A stretch of 53,379 nt of DNA from Thraustochytrium aureum. Lineage: Eukaryota. The stretch is from assembly GCA_012862495.1 (NCBI GenBank), contig BLSG01000189.1, forward strand, positions 1 to 53,379, written 5' to 3'. The first letter of the stretch is position 1, and the number at the start of each line of letters is the position of its first letter. Below, piece after piece: positions 41,268 through 52,418 of this stretch. The notes under the pieces are model-generated. The model did not search any database. It was given only the letters and a program-made list of their open reading frames with translations, and had not been told where the DNA came from. Position numbers and translations under genes: made by a program.

Positions 41268-42369
41268 ATGCGCGCTGGGACGACATGGGCACTGGCGCTG
41301 GTTGCGCAGGCCGTGCGACTGTCGTGCGCTCTGAACTGTTCGGCCGACGGCGTGTTCGCGCCTCCGACACTCGAGCAACTTCGCGGTGGGCAAGCGCAGC
41401 TCGAGGGCCTGCAACTGAGGTGCGCCGAAACGAGCTGCGCGAAAGTCACGCTGGAGACGGCCGCATACCTCCCGCCTTTCAAGCTGTTCGTGTACCCCTT
41501 GCCGGAAGAGTTTACGTTCCCGAACGCCCCAATCGAGAGCGCTGCCGGATGGGAGCACACGTATGCGAGCGAGTTCATGCTTTTGCACGCCTTTTCCAAC
41601 TGGCCTGGGCGCGTCTACGACCCGCAACAAGCCGATCTTTTTTTTGTGCCGGCGGCGCCTACATGGCATATGCATCGAAGGAGAGAGGCTGGTTTCCAAG
41701 GCGGCTTTGAATTCGCTTCCGCGTTGGTGCGGCAAGTTGCACAGGAGTGGCCATACTTTAACCGCAGTGGAGGCGCAGACCACGTTTTCGTCGCGTCTCA
41801 AGACTTTGGCTCCTGCGTCTTCCCGCGCTCTGCCATGCAGGCCATTTTCTTGCAATCACTTGGCGATCTGGGGGAGGTGGACATGAACAAGCTCGCTTCG
41901 GTTGACCCAGCATTGCAAGCGGGCGACGAACTGCGTGCGCGCTGGGGCCAGCCCTGCTTCTCCTTTCACAAAGACATCGTCATCCCCCCGTATAGCTACA
42001 ACCCGAGCAAGTTCGGCTTGGCGTTGCGGTGCTTTGGGCATCGCGAGCGCACCTTGCTGGGCTACTTTCGCGGGAACGTCGGATTCGGCGACGCCGACCC
42101 TGCAAATCTGTATAGCAGAGGCGTGCGCCAGTGGCTCGCCAAGCACTTGGCCAACGACGCGCGTTTTCTATTTCTCCAAGGCAAAGTGTCTGACACGCAG
42201 TACCTGTTCGAGCTTGGTTCTGCGGTGTTTTGCTTTTGTCCTTCCGGCTGGGTCTCTTACACACATCGGCTCTTTCAAGTTATGGCTGCGGGCTGCCTAC
42301 CTGTTGTTTTCGTCGACCCGACAAGCCCGCACCAGCTTCCGTTCTCTGCGGCGTTGAACTACTCGCAGT
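41268..42369 (+). CDS. Exostosin family (GT47) glycosyltransferase, 3' end in gap
   Basis: Signal peptide; FVYPLP, DPQQADLFFVP, WPYFNRSGGADHVFV, KDIVIPP, YFRG, YSRGVR, FCFCPSG, GCLPV, LPF. Confidence 0.9.
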
Positions 42370-43494
42370 NNNNNNNNNNNNNNNNNNNNNNNNNNNNNNN
42401 NNNNNNNNNNNNNNNNNNNNNNNNNNNNNNNNNNNNNNNNNNNNNNNNNNNNNNNNNNNNNNNNNNNNNNNNNNNNNNNNNNNNNNNNNNNNNNNNNNNN
42501 NNNNNNNNNNNNNNNNNNNNNNNNNNNNNNNNNNNNNNNNNNNNNNNNNNNNNNNNNNNNNNNNNNNNNNNNNNNNNNNNNNNNNNNNNNNNNNNNNNNN
42601 NNNNNNNNNNNNNNNNNNNNNNNNNNNNNNNNNNNNNNNNNNNNNNNNNNNNNNNNNNNNNNNNNNNNNNNNNNNNNNNNNNNNNNNNNNNNNNNNNNNN
42701 NNNNNNNNNNNNNNNNNNNNNNNNNNNNNNNNNNNNNNNNNNNNNNNNNNNNNNNNNNNNNNNNNNNNNNNNNNNNNNNNNNNNNNNNNNNNNNNNNNNN
42801 NNNNNNNNNNNNNNNNNNNNNNNNNNNNNNNNNNNNNNNNNNNNNNNNNNNNNNNNNNNNNNNNNNNNNNNNNNNNNNNNNNNNNNNNNNNNNNNNNNNN
42901 NNNNNNNNNNNNNNNNNNNNNNNNNNNNNNNNNNNNNNNNNNNNNNNNNNNNNNNNNNNNNNNNNNNNNNNNNNNNNNNNNNNNNNNNNNNNNNNNNNNN
43001 NNNNNNNNNNNNNNNNNNNNNNNNNNNNNNNNNNNNNNNNNNNNNNNNNNNNNNNNNNNNNNNNNNNNNNNNNNNNNNNNNNNNNNNNNNNNNNNNNNNN
43101 NNNNNNNNNNNNNNNNNNNNNNNNNNNNNNNNNNNNNNNNNNNNNNNNGACCCTCTGAAATGATCCGGCAACGTCCATCCTCGGCTCGCTTCTGATATTG
43201 CGGGACTCGCGGGGTTGGGTTAGGGCGTTTTTCTGTGGTTGTCATGGACAAGCAAGGAGGCGAGGAGGACACGGGGCGAACACGACCCGAAGCGCAGTCA
43301 GCAGAGCTGCAAGACTTGGCTGCACGGCTGCACGCAGAGGCGCTGGGGTCGCGGGCATACAGCGAAGAAGGCTTGCTGGTGCGCGCTCGCAGGAGCCGGG
43401 GCGTTGCTGTTTGGTTCGCTAGGTCGATCGATCGACCGATCGACAGAGTTGGGAAGAAGGAAAGGTCCAGGCCGAGGTCGGGCCAGGCGCGAGG

Positions 43495-44449
43495 ATGGCG
43501 GAGACGGTGGAGATTAGCGCGCAGGAGAAGGAGGAGCGCGACCTGCGGCTGTCGTGCAGGTTCTATGAGGAGGAGTTCCCGGAGGTGGATGAGTGCGTCA
43601 TGGTCGAGGTGCGCAACGTGGCCGACATGGGCGCCTACGTGTCCCTGCTCGAGTACAACAACATCGAGGGGATGATCCTGCTGTCCGAGCTGTCGCGGAG
43701 GCGCATTCGGTCGATCAACAAGCTCATCCGCGTAGGCAAGCTCGAGGTCGCCATGGTGATGCGCGTGGACAAGGAGAAGGGGTACATTGACTTGTCCAAG
43801 CGACGCGTGGCACGCGAGGACGTCGTCAAGTGCGAGGAGCGGTACAGCAAGGGCAAGGCCGTCAACTCGATCATGCGCCATCTCGCAGAGACGACCGGTA
43901 GCAACTTGGAGGACCTCAACCGGCAGATCGCCTGGCCGCTCAACAAGGCGCCCTACAAGAACACGTACGAGGCCTTTCGCCTCTCGATCTCCGACCCGGA
44001 TCGCGTCTTCGGGTCGCTCAACATCGACAAGGACATTCTTTGACAAGCTCATGGTGGTGATCCGCCGCAAGCTGACCCCGCAGCCCATCAAGATCCGCGC
44101 CGACATCGAGGTCATCTGCTACAACTACGAGGGAATCGACGCGATCCGCGCCGCGCTCATCGCTGGCGAGGAGGCGGGCACGGAGGACATCCCCATCCGC
44201 ATCAAGCTCATCGCGCCACCGCGCTACGTGCTGTTGGCCACGTCCCTCGAGAAGAAGGCCGGCTTTGACGTCGTCAACGCCGCTATCGAGCGGGTGCGGA
44301 CTGTCATTGCGGACCGCAAGGGCAACCTCAACATTGCCGCCGAGCCGCACGTGACCTCGAACGAGGAAGAGCACGCTCTGCGCTCACTCATGGAGCAGAT
44401 GGAGCTGGAGAACCGCGAGGTGGATGGGGACGAGGAGGCAGAGGAGTAA
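43495..44449 (+). CDS. EIF2S1: Translation initiation factor eIF2 alpha subunit; +1 frame change at 44038-44044
   Basis: [53 protein letters not shown] (Ser51 motif), [15 protein letters not shown]. The second frame gives [45 protein letters not shown]. Confidence 0.97.
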
Positions 44450-44989
44450 AGCAAAAGCACATATATCATTACGCGCAAGCCGGGTTTGCAGTTTTCGAGT
44501 TCNNNNNNNNNNNNNNNNNNNNNNNNNNNNNNNNNNNNNNNNNNNNNNNNNNNNNNNNNNNNNNNNNNNNNNNNNNNNNNNNNNNNNNNNNNNNNNNNNN
44601 NNNNNNNNNNNNNNNNNNNNNNNNNNNNNNNNNNNNNNNNNNNNNNNNNNNNNNNNNNNNNNNNNNNNNNNNNNNNNNNNNNNNNNNNNNNNNNNNNNNN
44701 NNNNNNNNNNNNNNNNNNNNNNNNNNNNNNNNNNNNNNNNNNNNNNNNNNNNNNNNNNNNNNNNNNNNNNNNNNNNNNNNNNNNNNNNNNNNNNNNNNNN
44801 NNNNNNNNNNNNNNNNNNNNNNNNNNNNNNNNGAGTTCAGATCAGGTTTTGGAAGTTAAGGAAAGGCATCTGGGAAGGCTGCGCGGCGATTTGGCAGCCC
44901 GGACTGGCCGGGGCCGGCCGCCTCGCGCTGGCGGTTCCCGCTACAGGCCAAGTAAGTACAGAGAGGAAAGGTTGGCGACGGGGCAGTCT

Positions 44990-45700
44990 CTATGCGCTCG
45001 CTTTGTGCCGCCCTCCAGAGCGCCGGCTTGCCGGGCAACCCGCCTGGCGCCCGCTAAAGCCAACCTGCGCAAATCGGCACGCCAAGCCCGACAGCGCTTG
45101 CAGGCGCTCGTTGATGTAGTCGTCGTCGTCAAAGTCACGCACGGCAAACGACAGCATGCACTCGCTGGAGCAAAACGTGCGCCCCTCGCTGTCCGGCTCC
45201 GTGGCCTTACACCCCGCGCCGCAAAACACCAATTTGCAGTTGTCACAGTTCTGCCTTGCCCAGAGCCTTTTCAGCAGCGCTCTCAAGGACGTTTCGTTGC
45301 GATCCGCTGCCGGTGCTCCCCGAGCTGGCCACGCTCTCCGTGCTGCTCGCCCTTCGTGCGCGCCAGGTCTCGGTCGTGTCCCAGCACAGTGCCATTCTTG
45401 CGCACGTTGGAAAGACAGAGTTCGAGCGTGCTCAGGGCGGTCTTGCTGTCGCGATCGTTGAGGGTTTGTTTGCACCGCCGGCTGGGCGAGGGCCCCATGC
45501 GTGCATCCGCGCTCCAGTGGGCGAATCAGCAGGTTGATTCAATCTTCGTCAGCGGGTGCGAAAGTGCAGCTCCAACCGCGGCCCAACCATGGCTGGCGAG
45601 CTCTCGGGAGCCGCGCGTTCATTCGATTTGGAGGGGATGGAATCCAAGGTTCTCTTCCAATTTCGTGTCGCAAACCAAGGCAGTTACACGGCCGCACATT
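44990..45700 (-). pseudogene. Degenerate or frameshifted coding remnant with a small Cys cluster
   Basis: Protein-like pieces in different frames, e.g. LRALLKRLWARQNCDNCKLVFCGAGC..FCSSECMLSF (FCS/TRASH-like finger), separated by stops. Confidence 0.25.
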
Positions 45701-45795
45701 CGTTCTTTCCGCGCTTTCTCCAACCAATGATGAGACAGACTGCTCCGACGAATGAATCATCAGCCGCACGCCATCGAAGGACTATTTGGTGGGGT

Positions 45796-45820
45796 GCGTT
45801 GCGTTGCGTTGCGTTGCGTT
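45796..45820. repeat. (GCGTT)5 microsatellite
   Basis: Direct reading. Confidence 0.9.
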
Positions 45821-46260
45821 GCCTGGTTCTTGGCGGAGCGCGTGCGCTCCCTCTTTCGCGCATCCGCTGTTAGGCCAAGGGTCGAGCCCGTCGTTTCGTC
45901 CACCCAGCGAGCCAAGACCTCGAGATTCCCTCCGGACAGGCCAGATTCAGTCAAAGGCAACCAACTCATTCCATTCCACGTCGTGGCCTGACAGGCGTGG
46001 ATAGGCGCTCATCTGTTTCTGTTAGCCAATTAAAAAATGCCGCGTTCACAAACACCCAGATGCAATGCGAATCAACGATCCCTGCACGCGCAGCAGGCCG
46101 GCTTGGCCACCTCGGTCGGTGGATGGCTCAGGAGAATCTTGGCGAGATTCTGCCCAGGTCTGCCTGTGACCGACGCGAGGCCGCAGTCGAGTTCAGCTGT
46201 TCGTCGCTGTCACGCACGGCCCAGCAGGCCCAGAACGCCGCCCCCAATCGCGCCAGATCG

Positions 46261-46569
46261 TCATGAAGAGCTTGGCCCCACAGCCTCCTTCCCCGCCTTC
46301 GCCGCGAGCTCTGCCTCGCGCTTCGCGTCGGCCTTGCGTTTCCACTCGGGGTGCAAAATCCCATCGAACTCGCCGTTCTTGCTGCGCTCCAGCATGGCCT
46401 TGAGCTGCGCGTTGTACTCGGCCCTGTCCATGATGCGGCCCGCATTCTCGCGCAGGAGCTTCTTCTCGAGCTCCTCCGCGTCGTACGAGGGCCTGGCGAA
46501 CACATAGACGGCAGCGATCCCGCCAGCCGTCGCCAGCGTCCAGTTGAAGCCCTGCCTCGGGATCTTCAT
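46261..46569 (-). CDS. Small (102 aa) single-TM protein, resembling small mitochondrial inner-membrane assembly factors
   Basis: MKIPRQGFNWTLATAGGIAAVYVFARP followed by a charged helical tail; strong GC3 codon bias. The function is a guess. Confidence 0.6.
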   Translation of the reverse strand: MKIPRQGFNWTLATAGGIAAVYVFARPSYDAEELEKKLLRENAGRIMDRAEYNAQLKAMLERSKNGEFDGILHPEWKRKADAKREAELAAKAGKEAVGPSSS

Positions 46570-47159
46570 TCCCCGCCAGCGCCGAGTGCAGCGGGGCGAG
46601 GCGAGCGGTCCGAAGGCCGCCACGGCGCCGCAGCTGCCCTCTCGCTGACTGGACGCCTGATGGAGGAGTGATCGATGATCGACCAATCGATCGGTGGACG
46701 AGGCGTGCGAGTGGCCCGCCGGCGAGTGGCGTTCAACTCTGCGGGCCCACCAAGCGACGATCAGCGCGCCGCTGAACGGCGGGGGGCCGAGCAGCCATTT
46801 TTGGCCGAGAAGCCGCGGCCGAACGCGCGCTCGCTGAAGGCGCTTGAGGCGGGCGGCGGCGCCACCTGCCTGGAGAAAGTGGCCGCGATTCGGCTCGAGG
46901 CCGCAAAAAGGGCCACAAAGCGCACCGGGCGCCGGTACAACTAGGTGTGGCGCGCCGCGGTTGCGTCCCCGGCTGGGCCGGCATTGTGGCGCGTTGAGGC
47001 AAGCGCGGGTTGGCAGACCCTCAACGAAGTGCGGGACCTGGAGTGGGCAGGCAGGCCCCTGGAGAAGCACGCAACTGCGCACTCGGCGAGGCAGTGACGA
47101 GCGGCCGGCGGCCCGGGACTGCGACCGAGTCCCCGCTTGACCGCGCTCTCGAGGCGGCG

Positions 47160-48347
47160 ATGAGCGGGATTTCTGGCGTCGTTGTCGCGTTCTTGCCCGT
47201 TGCTGCGTCGATTCTGCTCCTGGTTGTCTCGCTGTTTGAGCAGCTGCTGCGCGTGCGCAATGAGGTGTTCCAGGGCGTGTACGTGCGACTGATCCTCATG
47301 TTTCCCTTGGTCGCCCTACTCGCTTTCGTGGGCGGCGCGTTTTTCTCCTCGCTTGTCTGGATGGACGTGTGCGTCTCTCTTGTTGAGGGCTACGTTCTCA
47401 TCATCTTTTTTGGGCTGTTTTCGGGCTGGGCGTGGTGCCACGGCAACGTGCACCTCGCACTTGTGTCGGCTCGGCGAACCAGCGCTTGCTGCTACTGCGC
47501 GGGCAAGACGTGCGGCCCAGTCGCAGAGACTGGTGCAGCGGTTGTCACGCGGTTTCGCTGGCAGGTGTACCAATTCGCAGCCGTCAAGCCTCTGACGGCG
47601 CTGGTGAAAGCCATCGTCGTTACTGTAACGCACGAGCCTGCCGCAAACCCGCTCAGTCTCCTCCTTGGTGCTCTCAACATTGTGTCGGTGATTGTTGCCG
47701 TGCGTGCATTGGTTTTCTTCTACCGCGTGCTCAAAAGAGAAAACGAGCTCGAGAAGGACTTGCTTGAAGGACTCGGAGCGTTTCGCAAGTTCATGGTGGT
47801 CAAGGCGCTGCTGCTGTTTTTAGTCGTCAACACTGTGCTCTTCGAAAGCCTGATTGACAAGGGGATCATGACGCCGCCCGCGGCTCTCTGCAACGACATT
47901 CCTTCTTCGGAGTTTTCCGAAGACGCCTGCAACGCGCGCTATGTTGCCTGGATATTCGCTTTTGAGGCGCTATCGCTCAACGTGCTCGCCCTCACAATGT
48001 TTCGCGCCAAAGACATGGACGCGCTGCCCGAGTCGACACGAAGGTCGTATTGCGTCGACCCCCCAAGCCCGTCTCCGCGCTTGGCTCTCTTGTGCCACGT
48101 GTTTGCATTTCTGGACGTTTTTCGCGACCTTCAACACCCGCCCGAAACGTTTACTAGGTTTGGCCAGCACTTTGAGAGTGCGCACAGTGCCATCGAACCT
48201 GAATCTTGCGCCGACGAGCCCCTCGACATCAGCAAAGGTGGCAAAGGTGGCAAAGGCGACGGCAACGGCGACGCTAGCGAGGTCGCGATCGAAATGGAGG
48301 CCTCCGAGGGGGGCGACTCCGGCAGCGACTCGCTTACGCGGGACTGA
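47160..48347 (+). CDS. TMEM184/organic solute transporter alpha family membrane protein
   Basis: About 7 TMs; RLILMFP, EGYVLIIFF, VYQFAAVKPL, SVIVAVRALVFFY and KFMVVKALL match family motifs. Confidence 0.8.
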   Translation: MSGISGVVVAFLPVAASILLLVVSLFEQLLRVRNEVFQGVYVRLILMFPLVALLAFVGGAFFSSLVWMDVCVSLVEGYVLIIFFGLFSGWAWCHGNVHLALVSARRTSACCYCAGKTCGPVAETGAAVVTRFRWQVYQFAAVKPLTALVKAIVVTVTHEPAANPLSLLLGALNIVSVIVAVRALVFFYRVLKRENELEKDLLEGLGAFRKFMVVKALLLFLVVNTVLFESLIDKGIMTPPAALCNDIPSSEFSEDACNARYVAWIFAFEALSLNVLALTMFRAKDMDALPESTRRSYCVDPPSPSPRLALLCHVFAFLDVFRDLQHPPETFTRFGQHFESAHSAIEPESCADEPLDISKGGKGGKGDGNGDASEVAIEMEASEGGDSGSDSLTRD

Positions 48348-49493
48348 TTTCTGCGCGATCTGCTTTTCGGTGCGACGTCCTTTCTCGTCCTGCCCTTTTA
48401 TATCTTACTGGCTTGGCTATCCACTCTTCTCTCCATCGGTCGCTCAGACGGACTACGTCTGCGAGTGCTGCCAAACCGCAGGCAGCACCGCTGGCTAGCT
48501 CCAGAGCCACGGCGGGGGCCAGCCCGGCCCAGCAAGGATGTGCTCGATGTGAAGCTTCTTGCTTGCTCACGTCTTTTTTGATCAGGATCACGATCAGGGC
48601 AGGGTCAGGGTCAGGGTCAGGATCAAGACCAAGAAAGAAAGCAGCGACACCTGGCGCATCGTCGCGGTGCGGCAACCTCACTGTCACACAACGCGACGAA
48701 CGCGCCCAAGGCCAACAAAGCCCCCACGTCGAACATCGCACGCTCCGCACGTCTCAGCGCGCTGTTGGGCCTGCAAAAGCGTCTCTCTTCACTTTCGACG
48801 CCGCGCGGCACACTGCGAGCTCAGCCCCCTCGCGCAGACAACTGTCTCTATGGCGGCGTCCATCTCCACACTCGTGCGGGATGCAGGTCTCTTGAAAAAT
48901 GCACGAGCGAGCGCCGAATTCCCGCACACAACACGGCGAAATAGCTAGCGTAAAGCGTTGGCAATACACCTTGTCTTGTACCGCGTTTACCACGTGGCCC
49001 ACATGCACGATCGCAAACGGTCAAAAACCGCGTCTGCCAGAAGGCGCGCGAGTCTGCTTACTCGTCCTTCGCGTCAACAGCTTTGGAGGGCCGAATGCGG
49101 GCCCGCGGACGCGGAGGCAAGCACGCAAGGCGACTGCTCGGTCGTTGACGCTGCCGAGAGAGAGTCAGCCAGCTTGCCTGACTGACCGCTCGACTGGCAG
49201 GCAAGCAGTCCGATTGTTCTGCCGCTAACCGGCTCGCCGTTGTCTGAGCTGCTGGCTGGCAGCCACAAAGCGCGGTGCGCCAGGTTCACTTTCGCAACTG
49301 TGTCGAGTTCGCCAGCAGTCGGATCTCTCCCAACTCGGGGCAGGCGTTGGCGGAACGCGCTGGCGGAACGTCTTGGTTGTCGAGCGCAGGTGGGCTGTGC
49401 TGCGTGGAGCGACGTCGCGATCGGTGGCAGCGTGGCCTTGCTGAAACGAGCTGCGGGCTGCTGGTCAGGAAAAGGCACAGCACTGTCCGCACG

Positions 49494-52418
49494 ATGTGGC
49501 TCATGAATGGCAGCTTTGTTGCGGCTCTTCTTGTGGGCGCGGCTGCAGCAGCCAAGTCAAGTCGCGAAACGCTTCCCCAACAACTCGTGCTGGCCGACCT
49601 CCAGCCCGGTGCGCTGGACGATATTTTATCAAGCGGGACGTACTTTGAAGGCGACATCCGAGCCACGTACCAAGATATCTCTGCGATGTACGGCACCGCG
49701 AGAGCGGACGAGCTGCAGGCTCTGGGCAAGCTCGAGCCGCCTGTCGATTCGACTGCCGGGGAGGCCGTTGCGGCCGCCGGGCGAGGCCTCGCAGTGAACT
49801 TCCGGAGCCTCTGGCTGCAGCGAAACTCGGCCGGCAAGGCCGAGATCCCGTTTGTCATTGGAAGCGGCCTTTCGGCAGCAGACACGGCCGAAATCACCAG
49901 CGCGCTCAACGACCTCGCCGAGCGCGTTGAGGTTATCGCTTTCGTAAGCCGGCGAAAGAGCCACAAGTCGTACATTGTTTTCCGTGGGGACCTCTCGGGT
50001 TGTTCGTCCTTTGTCGGGCGCGTCGGAGGGAGGCAGGAAATCAGCCTTCAAGTCCCCAACTGCATCAAGAAAGCCACTATTCAGCACGAAACGATGCACG
50101 CCTTGGGCATGTATCACGAACACTCGCGCTCCGACCGGGACAATTACATCCGCGTCCTCCTCGACAACGTCGTTGCCGGCCACGCGCATGACTTTCAGAA
50201 AGAGGAAAACTCTGCCAGCCTCGGTGTGGCGTACGACACCACAAGCGTGATGCAGTACACATCAACGACGCTTGGCAAGCGCTCAGTGCAGTGTTCACAT
50301 ACCCCTGTGTGCGAGCAGGTAATGCTCCGCTTTCGCGGCCTTGACCAAGACAGCCCAGACTTTCGCTGCCTGGACCACCAGGGGAAGTTCCTCCCATGCA
50401 AGGGCGCACCAAATCAGCTCTGGGTCCTCCATGCTGTGCGAGAAACCGGGGTTCAGTTTCGCAGCGCGCACGACGAATCGCTCTGTCTCACGCCAGCGAC
50501 CAACGTTTTGGGAGCCGGTATTGCGTTTGGAGCTATGACTTTAGCACCGTGCAAGTCTGACTCAAGCCAAGTGTTCCAGCTGCATGGCACGAGCTTGGAG
50601 GGCACGCTCGTCATCCGCTGGGATGGAGACAATAACCAATGTCTCGTTTGCCAAAGCAACGGCTTGGGGGAGCTCACCACAAACACAGCAAGACCCACCC
50701 TGAAATTTTGCATGTTTGTGGCCGAGCTCCTTTTTGATCTAGTGCCTGTGTCAGGGATGCCCACCGGCGGATGCGAAGCAGTGCCGTTTTGCAAGCTTCA
50801 AATGGCGCACCTCAACACGCTTGAGGCGATCGAGAGCGGGGTTACGCTCGGTCAGAGCGACAGGGCGAGCGACCTAGACATCTTGCAGCTCAAGCTGATG
50901 TACCAGTGCCCCGGCGGCGCGCGGGACTTTCACTCGTTGTGCTCTGTGGACTGTCCGTGCTTTGAAGGCCAATTCTCGTGCAGCAAGGACAGCGAGTGCC
51001 GCGGCACTCTCCGCTGCGATGTCGGTACGCGCCAGTGTTTGCAAGCTCCGTCGGCAAGTCCTTTGCAACCCCCCTCCCCAATCCGAACGGAGCACGATTG
51101 CGAAGCAGAGCCCGTGCGAGGCAGCGTTTTTGCCGCAAAGCAGACCATCGCGCAGGGTGGCTTTACAGTTCGGATGGTGCTTTTGCTTCACGCACTTAGC
51201 CCTGGCATGTCCAACGTTCTGCACGTTGGGTCGTCGAGCTCTGACAGAGTTGTGAGCGTGAGCGTCCACCCAAACGGGACGTCTTTGTCCGTGTATGTCG
51301 GCAGCGAGGACGGTGCCTCCGCCAGCTGCTCCGTCCCGGCGCTTGGGTTATTCACCGAGCGGGAGCTTCGAATTGTCGCTCTGGGTTCAAGCGCAGCTGT
51401 ATACATAGATGCTGCGGAGGCTTGCACGATGGAGCTATCTGCGCCTGCACGCGGAGCACCTGGTGGCGCGCCACTTTTCGTGTCGAGCCCCTGGGACGAG
51501 CCGGCGCACGCGTGCTTGAGGGGTCTGGCTTTTGAGGCACCGTTGGCCGGCTGCTTGCCGGCACAACGTGGTGCTCTCGTAACTGGAGCAGTTTCGTTCT
51601 CGGCCGACTTTGAGGCCACTTTTCGTGTTGTTCTGCGCAGTGCGAACACTGTCGAATGGACCAACCTAATTCATGTCGGCGTGCTCAACTACCCGAGCAT
51701 CCTGAGCGTGTTCGTTGCGCCTGGAACGTTGGACCTTACCTTTCGAGTTGGCAGTGTGGCTGCGCCAAGCAACGCTTGTACCCCGCCCTCTGGCCGGCTC
51801 AAGCTCAACGAAATGTACAATGTTCGCGTGGCTGTGGCTGGGAGCAGAGCAACAGTTTACTATGACCAAAAGCAAGCGTGCAGCGTGTCACTGCTGAATG
51901 GGAAAGCCCTCGCCGCTGACCACGCTCCGGTTTACGTTTCGAGTCCGTGGCACGTGCCCACAGACGCGTGCGTTTCCGGGCTTCAGTTTCGCGATTTGGC
52001 CGTCCCAGGCACGGGGACCGCCAACGAATCGAGCGGTTGCAAAGGGATCACGAAGCGCGGACTATGCCCGAATGGTTGCCGATGGGCAAAGGCGCATGGA
52101 GAGCGCCGACGGTCGTGCCTGGATCCAAGCCAAAGTGTCGCCGGCAAGGCGTCCATCGGATTCGAGTGCAAGGCGCGGGCAAGGTTATCACAAGCCGAGA
52201 AGCTGTGCTTCGCATCTGGCCTCGGACTCTGCACAGCTGAGCTCCTTGAAGGTGGTCTTGCTGGAGCGGATGTGTGCCGAACGGTTGACTCGTACGTTTG
52301 GGTCCATTCGGTGCCGGGAATGTGCGACAAAGGCAAGATAGCGACGTACAACTTGAAAAAGTCGGCGTACCAATGCCTGCATGCGGCGAAAGGCAAGGCA
52401 GCCGTGAGGTGTTGCTAG
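49494..52418 (+). CDS. Secreted multidomain astacin (M12A) metalloprotease with ricin-B-like, Cys-rich and two ConA/LamG-like modules
   Basis: Signal peptide; propeptide FEGDI; GCSSFVGR..Q.ISL..C; HETMHALGMYHEHSRSDRD; Met-turn SVMQY; terminal GQ..SDLDI..LMYQC; duplicated domains ending VSSPW. Confidence 0.92.
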   Translation: MWLMNGSFVAALLVGAAAAAKSSRETLPQQLVLADLQPGALDDILSSGTYFEGDIRATYQDISAMYGTARADELQALGKLEPPVDSTAGEAVAAAGRGLAVNFRSLWLQRNSAGKAEIPFVIGSGLSAADTAEITSALNDLAERVEVIAFVSRRKSHKSYIVFRGDLSGCSSFVGRVGGRQEISLQVPNCIKKATIQHETMHALGMYHEHSRSDRDNYIRVLLDNVVAGHAHDFQKEENSASLGVAYDTTSVMQYTSTTLGKRSVQCSHTPVCEQVMLRFRGLDQDSPDFRCLDHQGKFLPCKGAPNQLWVLHAVRETGVQFRSAHDESLCLTPATNVLGAGIAFGAMTLAPCKSDSSQVFQLHGTSLEGTLVIRWDGDNNQCLVCQSNGLGELTTNTARPTLKFCMFVAELLFDLVPVSGMPTGGCEAVPFCKLQMAHLNTLEAIESGVTLGQSDRASDLDILQLKLMYQCPGGARDFHSLCSVDCPCFEGQFSCSKDSECRGTLRCDVGTRQCLQAPSASPLQPPSPIRTEHDCEAEPVRGSVFAAKQTIAQGGFTVRMVLLLHALSPGMSNVLHVGSSSSDRVVSVSVHPNGTSLSVYVGSEDGASASCSVPALGLFTERELRIVALGSSAAVYIDAAEACTMELSAPARGAPGGAPLFVSSPWDEPAHACLRGLAFEAPLAGCLPAQRGALVTGAVSFSADFEATFRVVLRSANTVEWTNLIHVGVLNYPSILSVFVAPGTLDLTFRVGSVAAPSNACTPPSGRLKLNEMYNVRVAVAGSRATVYYDQKQACSVSLLNGKALAADHAPVYVSSPWHVPTDACVSGLQFRDLAVPGTGTANESSGCKGITKRGLCPNGCRWAKAHGERRRSCLDPSQSVAGKASIGFECKARARLSQAEKLCFASGLGLCTAELLEGGLAGADVCRTVDSYVWVHSVPGMCDKGKIATYNLKKSAYQCLHAAKGKAAVRCC

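Noticed and set aside
43149..43200. Possible C/D-box snoRNA 3' half (CTGA..ATGAT..CTGA) upstream of eIF2-alpha
   Set aside because: The 5' part is lost in a gap, I recognise no rRNA complementarity, and the motifs are short enough to occur by chance. An Rfam or snoscan search would be needed.
48582..48628. TCAGGG telomere-variant repeats
   Set aside because: Only about three exact units among degenerate hexamers, internal to the scaffold; best treated as a simple repeat.
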